Shown: in pieces, positions 25,138 through 38,752 of the stretch
Position numbering within the stretch: position 1 is the first letter of the stretch
Layout: every line of letters begins with the position of its first letter
Source of the DNA: Chiloscyllium plagiosum
Taxonomy: Eukaryota
DNA: 64,000 nucleotides
Assembly: GCF_004010195.1 (NCBI RefSeq)
Contig: NC_057719.1
Coordinates: 41,858,139 to 41,922,138, forward strand
Reading direction: 5' to 3'
Position numbers and translations under genes: made by a program
The notes under the pieces: model-generated
The model's input: only the letters and a program-made list of their open reading frames with translations
What the model was told of the DNA's origin: nothing
Databases searched by the model: none

Positions 25138-25272
25138 CCAATTTGAACTCCTCTGCTGCTGTTTCCTTGGATCCATTTCACTCCTAAACATAGAGTAATC
25201 TGCATTTGAAAGTCCATGCGTTTTCCCAGCAGATCATCAGGGTCAACAATGACAGATTCCTCTCCCAGTGGG
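25138..25272 (-). CDS. kif28: kif28 exon PLGEESVIVDPDDLLGKRMDFQMQITLCLGVKWIQGNSSRGVQI(G)
   Basis: gtttag|C acceptor, GG|gtgaga donor, 135 nt, phase 2 to 2; lies within ORF 25134..25319. Confidence 0.93.
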
Positions 25273-25852
25273 CTAAACGGGGAATGTACGTAAATCATAT
25301 CAGTTTTCCACAAATGCATCTTCTCTCAAGTGCTCACTTTTCAATTGAAACGAGTAAAAAGGAATGAGGTGACTTGGTTGGTTTTTGGAAAAATTATGCC
25401 CTGAAATCCTGGCTATAGGAGAACTTTTACAAAGTCTCTAATATAGTGATGAATATCTCCAGGTAGCAATGGTAATTCTTATATCAAAATATAAATATTC
25501 TGGATGTGTAGGGTTCCAAAATGCATGAAATATAAGCAACTCAAGCATGGTGAATACACAGACCTGTATACATTGCACAGTAATGAGATAGATCAGTCAG
25601 CTCAACAGGCCTTAGATACATTTGTACTGTACTTCACATGCGGGACCCTCCTCCACCTCTTTACCCCTAACTCCATATACATCATTTACTAATCCAACCT
25701 TTGTAAATTGCTTGATGTCTTACATTAATTTCTTTTCTCCTGGAATTCTTACTTATTGGCTCTGTCAATGTTATTGATCAGCATATTCAACAGCCTTTAA
25801 GTTTATGTGGCTCGGCAGGGATATATATGCTTGTGTATACTTTGGGAAGGGA

Positions 25853-26360
25853 GTATGTTTGCTTGCTGAGCTGGAAGGATCGTTTACAGATGTTTCATCA
25901 CCATACTAGGTAACATCATCAATGAGCCTCTGGTGAAGCACTGTTGTGATGGTCCAATTTCTATTATATGCTCAGGTTTCCTTGGGTTGGTGATGTCATT
26001 TCATGTGTTGATGATGTCATTTCCTGTTCTTTTTCTCAGAGGGTGATAGATAGGATCCAAATTGATGTGTTTGTTGTATGGATCCATTTGGACCTCATCT
26101 ATTACTCTCAGAGGTAAAGAAGGGGAAATGACATCACAGACACAGGAAATGACATCACCACAGGAAATGGCATCACCAACCCGAGGAAACCTAAACACAT
26201 AAATAGAAAGTGGGCCATACCACCAGTGCTTCACCGAAGGCTCACTGATAATGTTACCTAGTATGATGTTGAAATGTCTGAAAATGAACCTTCCAGCTCA
26301 GTGAGCAAACATACATCCATTATCTCAACCTGAGCTACAAATCTTCTCCAAACTTGCTAA
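25853..26360. mobile_element. Penelope-like element remnant with inverted terminal arms
   Basis: About 25853-26060 is the diverged reverse complement of about 26080-26313; both arms hold degenerate hammerhead cores. Confidence 0.65.
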
Positions 26361-26629
26361 TACTTTGCAAGCCTTGCCTAGCAAGCAGTGCCTCCCATGC
26401 AGTTTATGCACAGTTAAAAACCTTTAGTGTCTCACTTGTATTGTTTAGATGTGAAGTCCTGATCATATTACAGAGCCTGGATTCATTCTTTCACCAATAA
26501 CAAATCATTCTCAGCTCAACTAAATGTTAGGCTCATTTCAGAGAAATGTACACAAATTTCCTCATTCAAAGCCAATTCATTTACAGAGGATTAAAAATGG
26601 ATGCGCAAAGTAACAAATACATAATTCGT

Positions 26630-26890
26630 ATTTGCACATTCTCCCCATGTCTGCATGGGTTTCCTCCTGTTCTCCGGTTTCCTCCCACAGTCTAAAGATA
26701 TGCAGGTTTGGCTAGGCTAAAATTGCCCATAGTATCCAGGGGTATGTTAGGTGGATTAGCCATGGGAAATGCAGAGTTACAGGGATAAGGTAGGGGGTAT
26801 GGGTCTGGGTGGGATGCTATTCGGAGGGTCGGTGTGGACCTGAAGGGCTGAATGACCTGCTTCCACACTGGAGCGATTCTCTGATTCTAT
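26630..26890 (+). mobile_element. 5'-truncated HE1-type SINE
   Basis: tttgcacattctccccatgtctgcatgggtttcc...ccacactg body and tail. Confidence 0.8.
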
Positions 26891-27559
26891 AATGGTGAAG
26901 CCTCCCTTGATAGGTTATTGAGGTGGAATCATTACCCTCAATCTACCCGAATTAATTTGGGGCAAGTATGATTAAGTTGGTGAAAAAAATTAGCCATATC
27001 AAAATATTCTCAAATGACCTCAAATTTTGTTGTAGTTTGACATCAAAGAACAATGATTGAAAGTTGAAGTGAGAACACAAGGCCAAGTGGTAAAATTCAA
27101 AGTAAAATTAATTTTCCAATTATTGTTACAGCACTTGTGAATATTTATGAAAATTTCAACAGCTACAGAGTCCTATCAAGTTGTTAGTTATATTACTGAA
27201 AGCAAATATCTTACTGCACAGTTACATTATCCATCACATTTTCTACAGCTACAGTAATAAATATTTATGTTTAACACCGCTGTTACGTAATCCTGCTCTT
27301 GAGTTTACTTTGAAATGAAAATTTAGACTTGGAATGCTGTTAGAAGCAGGCAGAATTAATATGATATTTATTGGCTGAATAAATCAGAACTTGGAAAAAT
27401 TCAGATCAATCTGTTGTGGCTCCGATTAGATTCCTTTTAATAAATATGATGGCTGTAGACTTTCTAGTAGTCAAAAGTTTTTTTTGCCATCTGCATAATG
27501 TCATTTTATCTTTCAAAGACTTGGTTCCACATTTCAGATAAAGAGGAATGTTATTGCAT

Positions 27560-27772
27560 CACCATAGTCTTACCAGACCATAGGGGCTGTTGTCTCAGCA
27601 GAGAGAGAAGCAACTGGTTGTGATTTAACCTGAGGGCCACTAGACTTCAGGTGAGGGAAGAGGTTGAGAAGGAGAGTCCTTCATGGTAACCTCAAACTGA
27701 TGATGGGAATTAAACCCACACTGTTGGCATCACACTACTTTGCACACCAACAATCCAGCCAACTGAGCTAAG
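27560..27772 (-). mobile_element. tRNA-derived SINE (non-HE1 family)
   Basis: Minus strand begins ttagctcagttggctgga (A box) ... gggtttaattccc (B box). Confidence 0.55.
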
Positions 27773-28399
27773 GCTGCTTTTAATTTAATCACTTCCCTTT
27801 AGCAACTGTACGTATGATCTCTGGTAATCCACTGGCTCCAGTAAAATTAAACTGCTTGATGGAGGTGCTGTGCCAATCAACTATCCAACGCTACTGGAAT
27901 TTTAACAGCCTGACCACCCTTTAGTAAACTGTAAGCTGTAAGTACCTAATTAATCTCTACTTAAGACGTTATTGTCACGGAGACTGGTATTTTACCAATA
28001 GCAAGGCTGCCTATGCCACATGACCAAGGCAGCTGAATAAACTCTGGGAACCTCACTTCAGATCAGGAAACAAGCCTACTGTTTGGGCACCCGATACCCA
28101 ATGGAGTCTCTCTCCCTACACCCCAAAATTGATTGGTATTTGGAGGATCCAAATTGATCCAATCTGATTAAACCTCCGTCTTGTCTCTCTATCCCAGGAC
28201 CAGTGTCATGGGGAGAAGAAGCAATAGTTACCTTAATTCCTGATCTCTCAATATTGTTTCCATACTCTATCAATTGAGAAAATCTCCCATCGTAAAAGCC
28301 GGAATGGAAAGTCAGTCAAACATTAGCTAACATTAACCTATAATTCATGTTAATCATCCTAGCACTGCTTAAAAAGTTGGTGAAATGCAGGAAATAAAG

Positions 28400-28865
28400 G
28401 AACAGGAGTAGGCCATTCAGCCACTCGAACCTGTACTATACCAAAACTGACCTGTGGTCTAACTCCATATACCTGCCTTTGGCCCATAATCCCTTAATAT
28501 TTATGCTTGACAAAAAATGATCTATCTCAAATTTAAAACTAACAACTGATCCAGCACCCACTGCCATTTGTGGAAAACAGTTGTAAACTCTAACCACCTT
28601 TTGTGTGTAGAACTGCATCCTAACATCTCTGCTGAACATTCTGGCCCTTATTTTTAGACTTTGCTCCGCATTCTAGATTTTCCAACTAGTGGAAATAGTT
28701 TAATTTTATCTACCTTGTTTTTTCCTACTGAAACCTTTAAAACTTTGATCAGATCACCACTTACCCATCTAAGTTCTAGAGAAAACAGGTCTAATTTGTA
28801 TAATTTCTCCTCATAACCCCTGAAGTTCAGGTATCATTCTTGTAAACCTACATTGTGCTCCTCCC
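28400..28865 (-). mobile_element. CR1 3' fragment
   Basis: ORF 28436..28639 (FYTQKVVRVYN..P...FKFEIDHFL). Confidence 0.8.
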
Positions 28866-28903
28866 AAGAGTGTTAACATTTTATGGTCATGTTTTGAGCT
28901 TAC

Positions 28904-29032
28904 TTTCCACTTGGTGAGCAGGGCAGCAATCTGATCTGTATAATGGCCTCTTCTTTTCCTCGATAATTAATAGCCTCCACCTGGTCTTCATAAGCTATGC
29001 AATACGCCAAAGTTTCCAACCACACATGGGCA
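28904..29032 (-). CDS. kif28: kif28 exon SAHVWLETLAYCIAYEDQVEAINYRGKEEAIIQIRLLPCSPSG
   Basis: ttgcag|T acceptor, AA|gtaagc donor, 129 nt, phase 2 to 2. Confidence 0.93.
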
Positions 29033-29843
29033 CTGCAACACATTTACAATGGTTCATGTTGATAGAAAAATGGGCATTAATCATTTTATTGATGAATTTA
29101 TCATTTTTGATTATTCAATTTCAAAATGTATCAAATATTACTGGTTTTTTTTAATGCTACCACTTTTAAAACAGAAACCTCCTCCTTGTGAGCATTCCGG
29201 TAAATGATTTGCCTTCTCCCACTGAGCATTTGAAGACCACTTAGAGATTAAAATGCAAATAGCTCTGGAATATTGTTAATAAGCTCCATTGTCTCAAAAA
29301 TAATGAACCCTCCTGGGGGTTATACCCTCATTATACCCTCCTGAGATAGTTACCACACCTGTAATCTGAATTCTTGTTTAGAATTCTTCTCCATTTTAAT
29401 TGCTTCATCATTGCGTTTGACTACCTTCAGTCTAAGTTTTGGAGTTCCCTCCATAAACCACTCATCCTGTCTACAACCCTATTGTCATTAAATACCTGTC
29501 TTCAAACCTGGCTATTTGACCAAGATTTTGGACAGCCTTCCTGATAATTCCTGATGTGACCATATCAAATTTAGTTTGGAATGCTCTTGTGAGTAATCAT
29601 GGTAATGTTTAATTATGTTTAAAGTGAAATACAAATTTCTTTTTGGTATTCCAACTAATTTGTCCTAAGGAGCATTGCAGAAAACAGATCTCTGAAAACT
29701 AACCTTTTGTGAATATAATCCAATGTCATTGTGATACAGATTAAAACAAAATCCCTTTGAGACAAAAGGTTACATGGGCAATAATCAATAAAAAGCTTAA
29801 TGAAAACAGAATGCTTTAACAGTACGTGCTTTCTGCTTTTTAC

Positions 29844-29989
29844 CTCCCAAGATGCAAGATTTCAACAGAATCCCAGAATGGATCTTGTTCCACCATATTA
29901 GGTATTGTTCCATTTTCTAGAAAGTGTTGGTAGATGCCTTCAATTAAAAGCTTTCGATCAGTGAACTTGTCCCGTGGCCAGATCTCGAC
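29844..29989 (-). CDS. kif28: kif28 exon (KIF1B-like region) VEIWPRDKFTDRKLLIEGIYQHFLENGTIPNMVEQDPFWDSVEILHLG
   Basis: ttcaag|GTC acceptor, AG|gtaaaa donor, 146 nt, phase 0 to 2; W..KF..R....Y...DPFWD motif. Confidence 0.93.
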
Positions 29990-31234
29990 CTTGAAATAGA
30001 CCATTAGCCATTTTGATTTCCAGTCACAGACTCTGAACACAGAAATAAATGCCTAGAGGACCTATTGGTTTGATCAAGTATGGCATGTGAAAGATGAACA
30101 TGCTTGTACCAGTCTAGAAAAAAACCACAAAACAAATAAAAGCCAGTTTCCAGCTTGATTAGTGGGCTACCTTCCCTGAAGGATATTAATGAATCAGTCG
30201 GGTCTTTCCAACAATCTGACAGCACATCATGATTTCCTTTTTCCTGCAACAGCCTTCAAATGACTGAATTTATTGTAATTCATTTCACAATTTATCATGG
30301 TGGAATGTGACCTTATGACCTCTGGGTATCTAATCCATATTTTGTCTGTATAGTAATGCACCCAAGTGTAAGTGCTGTGCAGTGGGAATAATCAAAAGTG
30401 ACATCATGTTCAGAGCTCCTCATGTTAGCAACCTCTTGTCATTAGCCTTGGAGGTTCTTGGCCGAGGTAAGGCACTTTGCTACAAGAAGATGGAAAAATT
30501 CAATTTTTGAATTTCTCTGAAGTTCTGTTGTTGTATTCAGCTCATTATGGAATTGGCAGAGGTCCAGTAAGTTTCCAGAGAAAGTCGAAAGAAAACACAT
30601 GCATGCTCACCCTTGCTGTATAATCTAGTAAATTATTCAGTGTCATTATTCTTACTGTGGGAGCAACCAGATAGAAGGAAATATTTGAATTAACTTGGCA
30701 TGACTCCATTTCCTCATAACTCAGACTTCTACATGATTGCTTGCAAGATCCTATCATACCTTTAGCCCCTGCCACAATATTGACTATGCAGAGGTTTTAC
30801 TTACAGGATCACAGGTCAAATATGGGATGAGACTCACACAAATTCAAGGAACATTTTTTTTAATTAAAAGAAAAATAAGAACAGGATTTTTATTCTACAT
30901 CTTTTCACAATTTTTCATAAGTTTCTCTCTGGACAGTTAACAATGCTGACAAGACTGCATTTGTTGCCTATTCTAATTTACCTAAGAAGGTGACATTTGT
31001 CTTTTGTAAGTGTATGAATGATTAGGAGGCTTTGGAGTTAAATGGATAGTATAAAACTTGACTAAGGTAAAGTACAGACTAAGCTCTTTAGTTGAAGTAT
31101 TATAACACTTATTGAATGTCAATATATTGTTGGGAAAGAATGTTTCACTAATTAGAATTTTCCAAAATATTTGTATTAACCTGATTTGATTTGAAATTCT
31201 ACCTGAACAGAATAGAACTCCTGATGTCACTTAC

Positions 31235-31342
31235 CTGTTTCGTTACCTTGTTTATTACCTTCACAATAATTTCTTTTTCTAATCCCTCTCCCTTGGCATC
31301 TGTTGACGTCAGGTTTTTCACCTCAGGTTCAAAGATAACCCC
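31235..31342 (-). CDS. kif28: kif28 exon GVIFEPEVKNLTSTDAKGEGLEKEIIVKVINKVTKQ
   Basis: ctgaag|GGG acceptor, CAG|gtaagt donor, 108 nt, phase 0 to 0. Confidence 0.9.
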
Positions 31343-33569
31343 CTTCAGAAAGATGAAAATGCACGATTATATTGGTACTGCATTAAATTACCTTTCTTTT
31401 AATCATTTTAGCCTATTTTTCCTCTGTCATTTTATGTTCTTGACACCACTCATCATTTCAAGGATGCAAATTAGGAAAGTAAACTTTTCCCAGGCCACCA
31501 AACGTCCAGTTCTCAAATTAACCTCAGAGAGTCATGGTATGGATTGAATACTGATGGTTTTACCTCTTTGTGGCAAATATTTATTTGCAATATGGGATAT
31601 TTCTTCATGTATTAAGTGTCTTTTGCAACTTTGGACACCCCAAAGAATTTTACATCTAACAAACTACTTCTGAAATGCAGATTCCACTGTAAATGAGAAA
31701 AGATAGCAGTCAATTTGCACACAGAAAGATCCAAAAACAAGTTGATATTCTGTATCATCTTGATTGAGGATAATCATTAATAAAGATCCGAGGAAAACAT
31801 TCCTCTTCTTCAAAAAGAGGGCACAAATTCAGTTCAACATCTCAACTGCAAAAGGCACCTTTGACAGCAGAGGGCTTGCTCACTACTAGACAAATGTACT
31901 CAGGGCTCAGCAGTGGAATTGAAACTCACAAAATTTCTAACCAGGTCAGAGTGCTACCAGACTCTGCAGAGCAATGTTTACTGCAACTAGAGTTGCACAT
32001 TTTCACACAGTATAGGCCACAACACTCACTACATTTTATTCTTTGGAGGTAATTTTAACCAGGGCCTTGTTGGTGTGTTTGATGTAAACATTCAAGACAT
32101 GCAAAACCGAAGCCAATCGATCCATTCTCAGGTTTAACAAAGGCAGGGAGAGGGGATAGCTGTCAATCTACTTTAATGACATGGATTGGCCACTTGTATA
32201 CTGTAACAAGGCTGTGAGCCTCTTTTACAAGTTTAACATTGACTGGCCTGTATTCCTTGGCAGCTCAAGGAAAGCAGGCACTGCTTCAGGAAGAGATATG
32301 TGCCCTTATTGAGCTGCTTGTGGACCTATAGGACTAGGTGGAGCCAATGTAGCCTGAGTATTAATCCCTTCAGAGCCATTGTCTTTTCAAACATTTTTGC
32401 TAAGCATTTTTTCCCTATTGTTATCCCATGATAGAGTCATTATCTGGAGGACCTTTAATCCCATGAATTTTCTTCAGAGAGGAACATCTCTCCTACTTCA
32501 GATAGTTACCACATAACATCATATAGGGATCTTCATTCTTATAAATGTCCATCATGGAAGATGGCAGCTGTGTTGAAACAAGTACAAGCCTGCTGACTGA
32601 GCCCTGGCTGTATACTTGGTAATGCTGAGTGTCCTCAGAGTATCCTTTCCTTTACAGTTTTTCCAAAGGGAAGCTGGAATAACTAGTTTTTTTTTTGTCA
32701 TACACTTGGAAATTGTTCGTGATTGTGGAATGCTGTCAGAGGTCTCAGTATGCATTCTTGATCGTCTCACGGGATTTCAGGTCTAGCCATTGTTCCACAT
32801 AGTACTGGCAAACGGTAGCACACTGTTGATCATTCTTTTGCTCTTGTCAATTTTTACTGAGCCTTCTTTAGGCTTGGTGGTGGTAATTTCTTCTTGGCCA
32901 CATGAAGTATTTCTTTTATGCCATTGTAAGTAATCTCCACAGATTTGTTTCTTCCTATTTCTCACCATGGTTCAACTTTCTCTGGAGTTGGATAGTTTAT
33001 GTAACACTGTATTGAATTCTTCAATCAATTTTTAGATTGTATATTATATTCGTATTATTGACTGTTATGTGGCAATCCATCAATTTCATGCTTTGAAAAT
33101 CTGTTTACTTGTAATAATCTATCTCTGGTTTGCTCATTAGAGTTTCCCATTTTTTATTAGTGTTTTCCACCTTTTAAATAATCAAAATAGTGGCTACCAT
33201 TTATCCTAATATTTCAATAAAAGTAAAATACTGTGAATGTTGGAAATCTAACCCAAACACAGTGAATGCTGGAGAAACTCAGCAGGTCTACAAGTATCAG
33301 TAAGTAAAATAGTTAATGTTTTGAGTCCAGTATGACTCTTCTTCAGAAATACGGTTTCAACCTAAATACATTCTGAGGCCTTCCTAATCCTGGTCTAAAC
33401 TTATCCCTGGTCTAAAGTTCTTTTCTGACCTTTTTACTGTTTCTTGCAGCTGCACCTGCTATAAATTAATGATGATGGTGATGACACTGTTTTTGTACTC
33501 CCTTGGTCTTCACAATATTTATCATAAAGTTACTCCTGGCTCCTTCAGGCATCTCTACCTTTATATCCT

Positions 33570-35060
33570 GGACCCAGTAGTTGTTCCTTATCGGGTCCGC
33601 CAGGGTCACTCAATTCCCGACCTCATTATAGCCTTGGTTCAGATATATGCTAGAGAGCTGAATTCCAGAAGTGAGGTGAGAGTGACAGCACTTTACATTA
33701 AGGCTGCATTCAACCAAGTGTGGTATCAAGGACCCCTAGCAAAACATGAATCAATGGGTATCACGAGGCAAACCCTTGGCTGGTTGGAGTCATACCTGAC
33801 ACAAAGGAAGATGATTAGATTAGATTACATTACAGTGTGGAAACAGGCCCTTCGGCCCAACAAGTCCACACCGACCCGCCGAAGCGAAACCCACCCATAC
33901 CCCTACATTTACCCCTTACCTAACACTATGGGCAATTTAGCATGGCCAATTCACCTGGCCCTGCACATCTTTTGGACTGTAGGAGGAAACCGGAGCACCC
34001 GGAGGAAACCCACGCAGACATGGGGAGAACGTGCAAACTCCACACAGTCAGTCGCCTGAGGCGGGAATTGAACCCGGGTCTCAGGCGCTGTGAGGCAGCA
34101 GTGCTAACCACTGTGCCACCATGCCGCCCACCCATGATTGTTGGAGGTCATCTCAGCTCCAGAACAAATCTGCAGGATTTCCTCAGGGTAGTGTCCTAGA
34201 TCTAAGTATCTTCAACTGCCACATCAATGACCTCCATCTGTCATAAGGTCAGAAGTGGAAATGTCCACCAATGATTGCACAATGTTCAGCACCATTCACA
34301 ACTCCTCAGATACTGAAGGAGTCCATGTTGAAATGCAAAATGATCTGGATAATATACAGATTAGGGCTGACAAGTGACAAGTAACATTAATTCCACTCAA
34401 ATACTAGGCAATGACCATCTCCAATAAGAGACAATCTTATCACCATCCCTTGATATTCAGTTGTATTGCCATCACTAAATCCCCATCAACATCTTGATGG
34501 TTACCATTGACTAGAAGCTCAACTGAACCCACTACATAAACACAGTGGCATCAAGAGTAGGTCAGAAGATAGGAATACTGCATCAGGTAACTCACCTCTG
34601 ACTCCCCAAAGCCTGTCCATCATCTTCAAGGCACAAGTCAGGACTGTGATGGAGTAGTCCCTACTTGCCTGGATGGGTACTCAAACAACACTCAAGAAGT
34701 TTGACACCACCCAGGAAAAAGCAGCCCACTTGATTGGCATCACATCCATAAACATCCAATCCCTCCAGCACCTTCCAAACCCATGACCACTATCACCTAG
34801 AAGGATAAGGGCATCAGATATATGGGAACACCATGACCTGCAAGTTCCTCTCCAAGCCACTCACTATCCTGACTACGAAATACATCACTGTTCCTTCACT
34901 GTCACTGAGCCAAACTCCTGGAATTCCTTCAGCATTGGGGTCAACCTACACCACATGGACTGTGCTGGTTCAAGAAGGCAGCCCACCACCACCTTCTCGA
35001 AGACATGTAGGGATGGGCAATAAAAGCCAACCAGTGATGCTCAGGTCCCATGAGTGAATA
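33570..35060 (+). mobile_element. Decayed LINE RT fragment with a nested minus-strand HE1 SINE
   Basis: ORF 33469..34059 contains ALYIKAAFNQVWYQG...WLESYLTQR (RT) and then runs into SINE sequence. Confidence 0.8.
33812..34130 (-). mobile_element. Full-length HE1-type SINE
   Basis: Complete head (ggcggcatggtggcacagtgg) and aatct tail; atgatt repeated on both sides. Confidence 0.9.
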
Positions 35061-35229
35061 ATAAAACAAACATTCTTTAGCAAGATTTCTGTAGTTTCTA
35101 AGTTTGGCCAAACTTTCTCTGTTTTTCCAACTCACTCTTGCCTCAATGTTTCTCACTGGCTTCTGAATGTAGTTTTGCCTTTGGGTGTGGAGCTTGCATT
35201 TTTGCTTCTTCTAAGGGCACTGCTCTGTC

Positions 35230-37640
35230 TCTTATGGAGTCATAGAGTTATACAACTTGGAAACAGACCCTAATTCTAGATTAATCTAGTCCTATTTCCC
35301 AACTACTAAACTTTTCCTACTCATATACCCATCCAGATGCCTTTTAAATATTGTAATTATTCCATACACACTCTGTGTGAAAAACATGCCCCTCAGGTCC
35401 TTTTTAATTTTTTCTCTTCACACCTTAAACCTATGCCCTCTAGTTTTGGACTCTGCCATCCCTGGGAGAAAGACCTTGGCTATTCATCATATCTGTGCCC
35501 CTCATGATTTTATAAACCTCTAGAAGGTCACCCCTCAACCTCCCATACTCCACAGAAAATAGTTCCAGCCTATTCAGCCTCTACCTCATAGCTAAGAGAA
35601 GCCAGGAGGGTCATGAGAAGTCCTTAGCAGATAGGATCAAGGAAAATCCTTCTATAGGTATATCAAGATTAGAATAATGACTAGAGAACGATTAGAGCCA
35701 GTCACAGATAATAGTGGGAAGTTGTGCGTGCAGTCCGATGAGATAAGGGAAGCACTAAATGAATATTTTTCACCAGTATTCACACCAGAAAAAGACAATG
35801 TTGTCGATGGAGAATACTGAGATACAGGCTACTAGACTAGATGGGATTGAGGTTCACAAGGAGGAGGTGTTAGCAATTCTGGAAAGTGTGAAAATAGTTA
35901 AGACCCCTGGGCCAGATGGTATTTATCCTAGGATTTTCTAGGAAGCCAATGAGGAGATTGCAGAGCCTTTGGCTTTCATCTTTATGTCATCATTGTCTGA
36001 ATACTGAGATACAGGCTACTAGACTAGATGGGATTGAGGTTCACAAGGAGGAGGTGTTAGCAATTCTGGAAAGTGTGAAAATAGTTAAGACCCCTGGGCC
36101 AGATGGTTTTATCCTAGGATTTTCTAGGAAGCCAATGAGGAGATTTCAGAGCCTTTGGCTTTCATCTTTATGTCATCACTGTCTAGAGGAATAGTGCCAG
36201 AAGACTGGAGGATAGCAAATGTTGTCCCCTTGTTCTAGAAGAGGAGTACAGACAACCCTGGTAATTATAGACCAATGAGCCTTACTTCAGTTGTGGGTAA
36301 CGTGTTGGAAAAGGTTATGAGAGATAGGATTTATAATCATCTAGTGAGGAATAAGTTGTTTAGGGATTGTCAACACAGTTTTGTGAAGGTTAGGTCATGC
36401 CTTGCAAACCTTATTGAGTTCTTTGAGATGGTGACCAAACAGATAGATGAGGGTAAAGTGGTTGATGTGGTTTATATGGATTTCAGTAAGGCATTTCATA
36501 AGGTTCTCCATGGTAGGCTATTGCACAAAATATGGAGGCATGGGATTGAGGGTGAATTAACGGTTTGGATCAGAAATTGTCTAGCTGAAAGAAGACAGAT
36601 GGTGGGAGTTGATGGGAAATGTTCATCCTGGAGCTCAGTTACTCATTGTGTACCGCAAGGATCTTTTTTGGGCCACTGCTGTTGTCATTTTTATAAATGA
36701 TCTGGATGTGGGCATAGCAAGATGGGTTAGTAAATTTGTGGATGACATTTACTAATGTCTATGTCGGTGGAGTTGTGGATAGTGCTGAAGGATGTTGCAG
36801 GTTACAGAGAGACATAGATAAGCTATAGAGCTGGGCTGAGAGGTGGCAAATGGAGTTTAATGTGGAAAAATGTGAAGCGATTCACTTTGGAAAGTGCAAA
36901 CGGAGTAAAGAATACTGGGCTAATGGTAAAATTCTTGGTAGTGGAGATAAGCAGAGAGATCTCGGGGTCCATGTACATAGATCCCTGAAATTCACCACCC
37001 AGGTTGTTAGGGTTGTTAAGAAGGTATATGTGTGTTCGCTTTTATTGATAGAGGGATTGAGTTTTGGAGTCACAAGGACATGCTGCAGATGTACAAAACT
37101 CTGGTGCGGCCACACTTGGAGTATTGCATATAGTTCTGGTCATTGCATTATAGAAAAGATGTGGAAGCTTTGGAAAGGGTTCAGAGGAGATTTACTAGGA
37201 TGTTGCCTGTACAGAGGGAAAGTCTTATGAGGAAAGGCTGAGGGATTTGAGGCTGTTTTCGTTAGAGAGAAGAAAGTTGAGAGGTGACTTAATTGAGACT
37301 TATAAGATAATCAAAGGGTTAGATAGGATGGACAGTGAGAGCCTTTTTCTTCAGAGGTGATGGCTAGCATGAGGGGACATAGCTTCAAATTGAGGAATGA
37401 TAGATGCAGGACAGATGTCAGAGGTAGTTTCTTTACTCAGAGAGCAGTAGGGGCATAGGACGCCTTGCCTGCAACTGTAGTAGACTCGCCAACTTTACGG
37501 GCATTAAGATGGTCATTGGACAAACATATGGATGAAAATAGAATAGTGTAGGATAGATGGACTTCAGAATAGTTCCACAGGTTGGCATAACATTGAGGGC
37601 TGAAGGGCCTGTACTGCACTGTAATGTTCTGTGTTCAATG
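35230..37640. mobile_element. CR1 3' fragment (minus, about 35230-35590) abutting a decayed plus-strand CR1 ORF2 and 3' end (about 35590-37640)
   Basis: ORFs 35759..35941 (KTPGPDGIYPR), 36275..36700 (VDVVYMDFSKAF), 36850..37230. Confidence 0.9.
35812..36184. repeat. Tandem duplication (187 + 186 bp) within the CR1
   Basis: gaatactgagatacaggctactag... starts at 35812 and again at 35999; copies nearly identical. Confidence 0.92.
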
Positions 37641-38633
37641 CATCGTATCATGCTTCTTATCTGTGATCATATTTCAGCTGCTGGCTAACTGTATTTGTCT
37701 TCTTAAAGCAGCAATGCTCTTAGAGTGATAAGTTAACTTGCATGAAATTTGATCTTTTCTTCTGATCCTTCTGGATTTCAAATTCTCATCATGATGGTCA
37801 GATCTGCACCACTGCAGACATTTTGTATTGTCCCAAATGACCACTGCGGGCAGTATTTGTCACATGTTTAAGTGTGTAGAACAGAATTAAAGTTTTTGAA
37901 TAGTTCGTAGCTGCTAATTGTTAATTGTCTGGGCCTAACTAGTGATTAGTGGTAAAGAAAATGCCACTATAGAGTATCTACAGAAGATGCACCTTTCTCA
38001 GATGATAATGAGGTTTATTGCATGATTGCAATATGTACGACTACATTCAGGCCGGCAAAATTACTGGCGCCTCAGGGAGCTGACATAAAGACATTTGCTC
38101 ATAACAAAACCTTGAGCAAAACACTTGGTGAATCTTACATTTTTTTTGCTAATTCTGGGTTGCATCAAATTTTTTGAAAGGTTTATCACATGACCTTATA
38201 CAGCAAACAGCAGCTCAGGAACTTTACCTGGTGCTGCAGCCTGTAAGAGAGGCCTGTTAATCAGGCTGCGTTCTTGACAGGAGAATTTGCAACATGCATA
38301 TGGACACAACTCTATAACACCTTGTCAGACAAAGCACCGCCTCTGTCAATATCAAGGCTCACTACTTTATGATTCTGGAAAATATCTTTAACAAAGGAAG
38401 AGAATTTGTAAGTAATTTGTAATTAATGACAATCCACAGTAACAACGGCGCGTGGACAAGAATTGTACTCCTCTGCAAATGTAACTCATTGTGACTTCAC
38501 AACCTGTGGTTTTATTATGAGTTTCAGCTCCATGGAGCTCTGCAGTATATTGCATTGCTGAGGTAGGGTTAAAAAACCAAGATCTTAACTGCAGTCAAAA
38601 TGAAGTGCACTAGAATCATCACATGAAATGGAC

Positions 38634-38752
38634 CTTGTTAAGTTCTTCACTTATTTGGTTTGCTTGAGCCACCATTGGCATGATTGCTATAAAGTCATGA
38701 AAAATTCTGGCCAAATCAGGATCCAGATTTTCCTTCAGTTCTTCACCCATTC
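38634..38752 (-). CDS. kif28: kif28 exon GMGEELKENLDPDLARIFHDFIAIMPMVAQANQISEELNK
   Basis: ttttag|GA acceptor, AAG|gtccat (weak) donor, 119 nt, phase 1 to 0; kinesin-3 'ANxISxELxK' motif. Confidence 0.92.

Noticed and set aside
31590..31960. Old Deu-domain-type SINE-like remnant (similar pieces at about 42390-42640 and 54360-54590)
   Set aside because: Too diverged to delimit or name reliably without a repeat library
33469..34199. 196-aa ORF and overlapping ORFs as host genes
   Set aside because: Chimera of a LINE RT fragment and an antisense HE1 SINE
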